Positions 61,081 through 64,000 of a stretch of 64,000 bases of DNA are shown here, one piece after another. A model generated the notes under the pieces. It did no database searches. It was not told the DNA's origin and saw only the letters and a program-made list of their open reading frames with translations. The position numbers and the translations under genes are program-made. The stretch comes from Gammaproteobacteria bacterium (GTDB taxonomy: Bacteria; Pseudomonadota; Gammaproteobacteria; JBCCGL01): the NCBI GenBank assembly GCA_965277715.1, contig OZ255836.1:64001-128000 (forward strand), in the 5' to 3' direction. Position 1 is the first letter of the stretch, and every line of letters begins with the position of its first letter.

Positions 61081-61229
61081 TAAGGCGCTCTCTCTGAGAG
61101 AAGGCGATAGTATTTAGTTTTGTGGTTTGGCTGTTAAACACTCCCCATCCTACGGTCTCTGGAGCGAAGAGGCAGCGTCAGACGGTTCTTTAAAGTGTTT
61201 ACAACTGTCTTAGGCAGGAGGATATTCAC

Positions 61230-61432
61230 GAACAGAACAAAGACGTTAGGCTATTTGTAGCAAAAGTGGGCTGTGGACTGGCTCAGGAAGATACGTTTGC
61301 AGTTACATGATTTGTTTGCCTATAGACGGGCAGGAATAGGCGAGGGTTTGTCTGATGGGAGCGGTATGAATCGAGAGGTTCACGTACCGTTTTGCGAGGG
61401 GCTGCGGGGGGAGGTTCCCGCAGCCTACTCAC
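61230..61432 (+). mobile_element. Group II intron 3' remnant (decayed maturase tail, domains V and VI); 5' limit uncertain
   Basis: Domain V GAGCGGTATGAATCGAGAGGTTCACGTACCGTT from 61359; domain VI GGCTGCGGG...CCCGCAGCCTACTCAC with bulged A. Confidence 0.85.
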
Positions 61433-61570
61433 CTGCGGGTTCGGTGCGGACACCGAATTTCGATACATAATCCTAAATTCCGCAGTAGATTCAACTGAGG
61501 AATTTAGGATAATTACCATCTGAACCATTAACCCCTTTACCTTTAATAACATCCGGGTATATTGGCAAGT

Positions 61571-61733
61571 ATGAATGACAACATCGCGCACCTACCGGAA
61601 TCCAAACAGGACGAGCTAAGACGTATTGCCGAAGTAGTGCGCAAAGAATGCGATAACGTGGAAATGGTTGTTCTATTTGGCTCCTATGCGCGTGGCGACT
61701 GGAAGGACGGCCCGCACGAACAGGGTCGGGGCC
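61571..61733 (+). pseudogene. 5' fragment of a second MNT(-HEPN) gene, cut by IS4
   Basis: MNDNIAHLPESKQDEL...LFGSYARGDW resembles the N-terminus of 41944-42840. Confidence 0.75.
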
Positions 61734-63262
61734 CAATACCGCTACCTCAGGTTTAACCCAATGAATCTTTTAGCCTCTGAGAGGCCTTGATACGAGGTTC
61801 AGTTAACAGTGGGTAGGCTTTTGGTCGTCGTTTAATTGCCCTTGGTTGGGGTGATCGTTTTCTCCTGCCAATTAACGTTGAAGCGATTATCCTTAATAAG
61901 GAAGTGTACGCTTTTTGTATCACACTGGATGTTGAGTGGATGAATTTAATATAAGCAATACCCAGTAGCTGTACCGTTGCCTTAAAACTTATTTGACGTG
62001 CTATTTCACCCTCTGTTTTTGCTGACTCTGCCATGCTACCCCGAATCAGGTTATAAGCCATAAAGGTTGTTGCTATTTCTTTTTCAACCATCTCGGGTGA
62101 ATGGCATCGCAACATATCCATTTTCAAATCTGTTTTAATTGTACGAAAATCCAATTCAACTTTCCAACGTTCCTTATACAGTGTTGAAAGCTCTTTCTTA
62201 GGGTAAGTATCAACCTCCAACAAAGTGCTAACATAGACTGTCCCATCCACTGAAAATTCTCGAACTGTCAGTGTTTTCGGCAATAGATCAAAGTCTGATT
62301 GCGACATCCAAACCGGTTTTCTTTTAGGTTTTTCCCACTCGATAAGATGATCTTTTGCACCAAGCGTTAACCCTGTTTTGTAATCCGCTTTCTTTTGTGC
62401 GTGATTCATTGAGACGAATGCAACCCCTTTCGATTGTAGAGCCGCTAAGACAGCATAAGTACAGTAATAGCGGTCTGCCAGTAATAGATCATTGGCGGTT
62501 AATGACGTCATCAGGGTACTGAATAATGACATTTCCCCTGTTCCCTTTCCTTGATACTCTCCCATTGCATAATCAATAATAGCGCCAGAACTTAAAGAAA
62601 TGAGTCCGACTATTCGAGCAATAGGAAAACCTAAACCCGGTTTTTGAGTCTGTTGCTGGGGGTATTTATGTTGATTTTTCTGGGTATCAGGCATGAGAAC
62701 AGTGGTTCCATCCACAAGCACCACATTATACCCTTTCCATGTCCAAATTTTACCTGCTCTGGCATGTAACGTTGAACCGATTGAACGTACCTCCTGAAGT
62801 ACCCACGACAGAGATAAACGTTGGCGGGCTTTACAGTAAGGACCGCTATTAAAAGAACTTGGAAGCAGGTTTTCCTGTAAACGATCAACTAGCAGACGGG
62901 CGACTGTTTCTTTACAACTGCCATTATCACTTAACACCTGCCAGAGAAATAAACGCAGTGTAACAAGTGGGGTGAATACCCGGTCTCGATAGCTGCCCGA
63001 TAGTTCGCTTAGGTCGTTTAGACGCTTGGAACAGAGTAAATTATTAAAGTCTCCTGTGTTTAACTGAAAAAAAACACGTTTGATCGTTTTAATTTGCTGT
63101 CGGATAGTGAATTTCATAGAATAGGTCAGCGTTAGGTTTTTTGGCGAAGTACTTGTGTGTTTTGTCGCTTACAAGGATACTTCAAAAGGAAACCTAACGT
63201 TACCCATCTATATGACTTTTAACGTTATTTTAGTTCTTCACCAGGCTGAGGTAGCGGTATTG
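61734..63262 (-). mobile_element. IS4-family insertion sequence
   Basis: Perfect 17-bp TIR CAATACCGCTACCTCAG. Confidence 0.95.
61753..63117 (-). CDS. IS4-family transposase
   Basis: VDGT, LADR, YKERWKVELDFRTIK. Confidence 0.93.
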   Translation of the reverse strand: MKFTIRQQIKTIKRVFFQLNTGDFNNLLCSKRLNDLSELSGSYRDRVFTPLVTLRLFLWQVLSDNGSCKETVARLLVDRLQENLLPSSFNSGPYCKARQRLSLSWVLQEVRSIGSTLHARAGKIWTWKGYNVVLVDGTTVLMPDTQKNQHKYPQQQTQKPGLGFPIARIVGLISLSSGAIIDYAMGEYQGKGTGEMSLFSTLMTSLTANDLLLADRYYCTYAVLAALQSKGVAFVSMNHAQKKADYKTGLTLGAKDHLIEWEKPKRKPVWMSQSDFDLLPKTLTVREFSVDGTVYVSTLLEVDTYPKKELSTLYKERWKVELDFRTIKTDLKMDMLRCHSPEMVEKEIATTFMAYNLIRGSMAESAKTEGEIARQISFKATVQLLGIAYIKFIHSTSSVIQKAYTSLLRIIASTLIGRRKRSPQPRAIKRRPKAYPLLTEPRIKASQRLKDSLG

Positions 63263-63396
63263 GGGTCGGTGACTGTTGCATCTCAACCCCAGCAGTAGCA
63301 TCCAATTTGTTAACTTGCCCTAAACCCTGTGCCAAGTAGGTGGTCTTGGCGTCGTAAATTTCGTTCTGCCCCAACGGTTTCATCATGAGCACACCT

Positions 63397-64000
63397 TCAG
63401 CGTTCTCTTAATGCAGAAAGTAAGGTTTCTTTGATTGGTGCAATAAAAAAATCGATCAATGATCTTTGGTCTGTAATGATTTCGACTTGTACGCTCATGC
63501 CAATTTGTACTGTTTGTAAACCATCGTATGTATTAAAAGCTTTTTGACTCAAATTAATGTGGGCAAGATAGAATGATTTACTACCATCCTCTGACTGTAT
63601 AGAATCACTACTCAAGTAGACTAGCTTTCCCGGCAAACTTCCATAACGTGTATAGGGGAAAGCGTCCACCTTGATGCGCACTTTCTGATCGGCGCGTAAG
63701 AACCCAACCTCTCCACTGGGAATCCGAACTTTTGCAATAGGGGACTGACTAGTTGGTACGATAGTAAGCAAAGCATCTCCAGCGTTAACATAGATACCCG
63801 TAGCAGCAACAGACAATTTTTCGACGATACCAGATATCGGATTGAGCAATCGGCTGCTATCCAACTGGGCGACAATGCCTCTATGTTGAGCCTGGAGTTT
63901 CTTTTCCTGTAAATCCAATGCCTGCTGTTGCTCAGCAAATTCAAGCTTAAAGCGCCGAAAAACAGTGGGTATTTTCGCGTTCAATGAAACCATACGAACG
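63397..64000 (-). CDS. HlyD-family type I secretion adaptor, partial (5' end at or beyond the right edge)
   Basis: PISGIV, LTIVP, IKVDAFPYTRYG, GMSVQVEIIT...IDFFIAP...LRER. Confidence 0.88.
   Translation of the reverse strand, partial: VRMVSLNAKIPTVFRRFKLEFAEQQQALDLQEKKLQAQHRGIVAQLDSSRLLNPISGIVEKLSVAATGIYVNAGDALLTIVPTSQSPIAKVRIPSGEVGFLRADQKVRIKVDAFPYTRYGSLPGKLVYLSSDSIQSEDGSKSFYLAHINLSQKAFNTYDGLQTVQIGMSVQVEIITDQRSLIDFFIAPIKETLLSALRER

Noticed and set aside
61273-61470. 65-aa protein, or an active RT/retron system
   Set aside because: Mostly translation of intron domains V-VI; no RT core in the window

Overview
Gammaproteobacterial chromosomal window with three kinds of DNA. (1) Conserved core: tig-clpP-clpX-lon-hupB-tRNA-Val-tRNA-Asp-ppiD, tRNA-Leu, trpE/trpG, lexA, and the parA-cheW-cheW-DUF2802 tail of a chemotaxis cluster. 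(2) Accessory metabolism: an amine oxidase/MlrC/BKACE group and a more GC-rich Rieske/GcvT/enolase-superfamily cluster that looks like betaine catabolism. (3) Heavily decayed mobile DNA: an ICE relic at a tRNA-Lys 3' fragment with an in-frame ParA-ParB fusion, five IS copies plus a fragment, a C4/CI-type antisense RNA module, a degenerate attC, parM and traL remnants, toxin-antitoxin pairs with damaged toxins, and a group II intron 3' end. The ORF track misses a >1068-aa SpvB/FG-GAP (TcB-like) secreted protein at 1-3204(-) that carries an unusual ~240-aa helical insertion. Best leads: a voltage-gated channel (filter TLEDWTD) translationally coupled between trpE and trpG behind a WRW leader peptide; the TcB-like protein with its helical stalk and membrane-anchored neighbour; the betaine-type cluster; and a LexA with an alphaproteobacterial-type operator. 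All calls are by-eye motif recognition; no searches were run.
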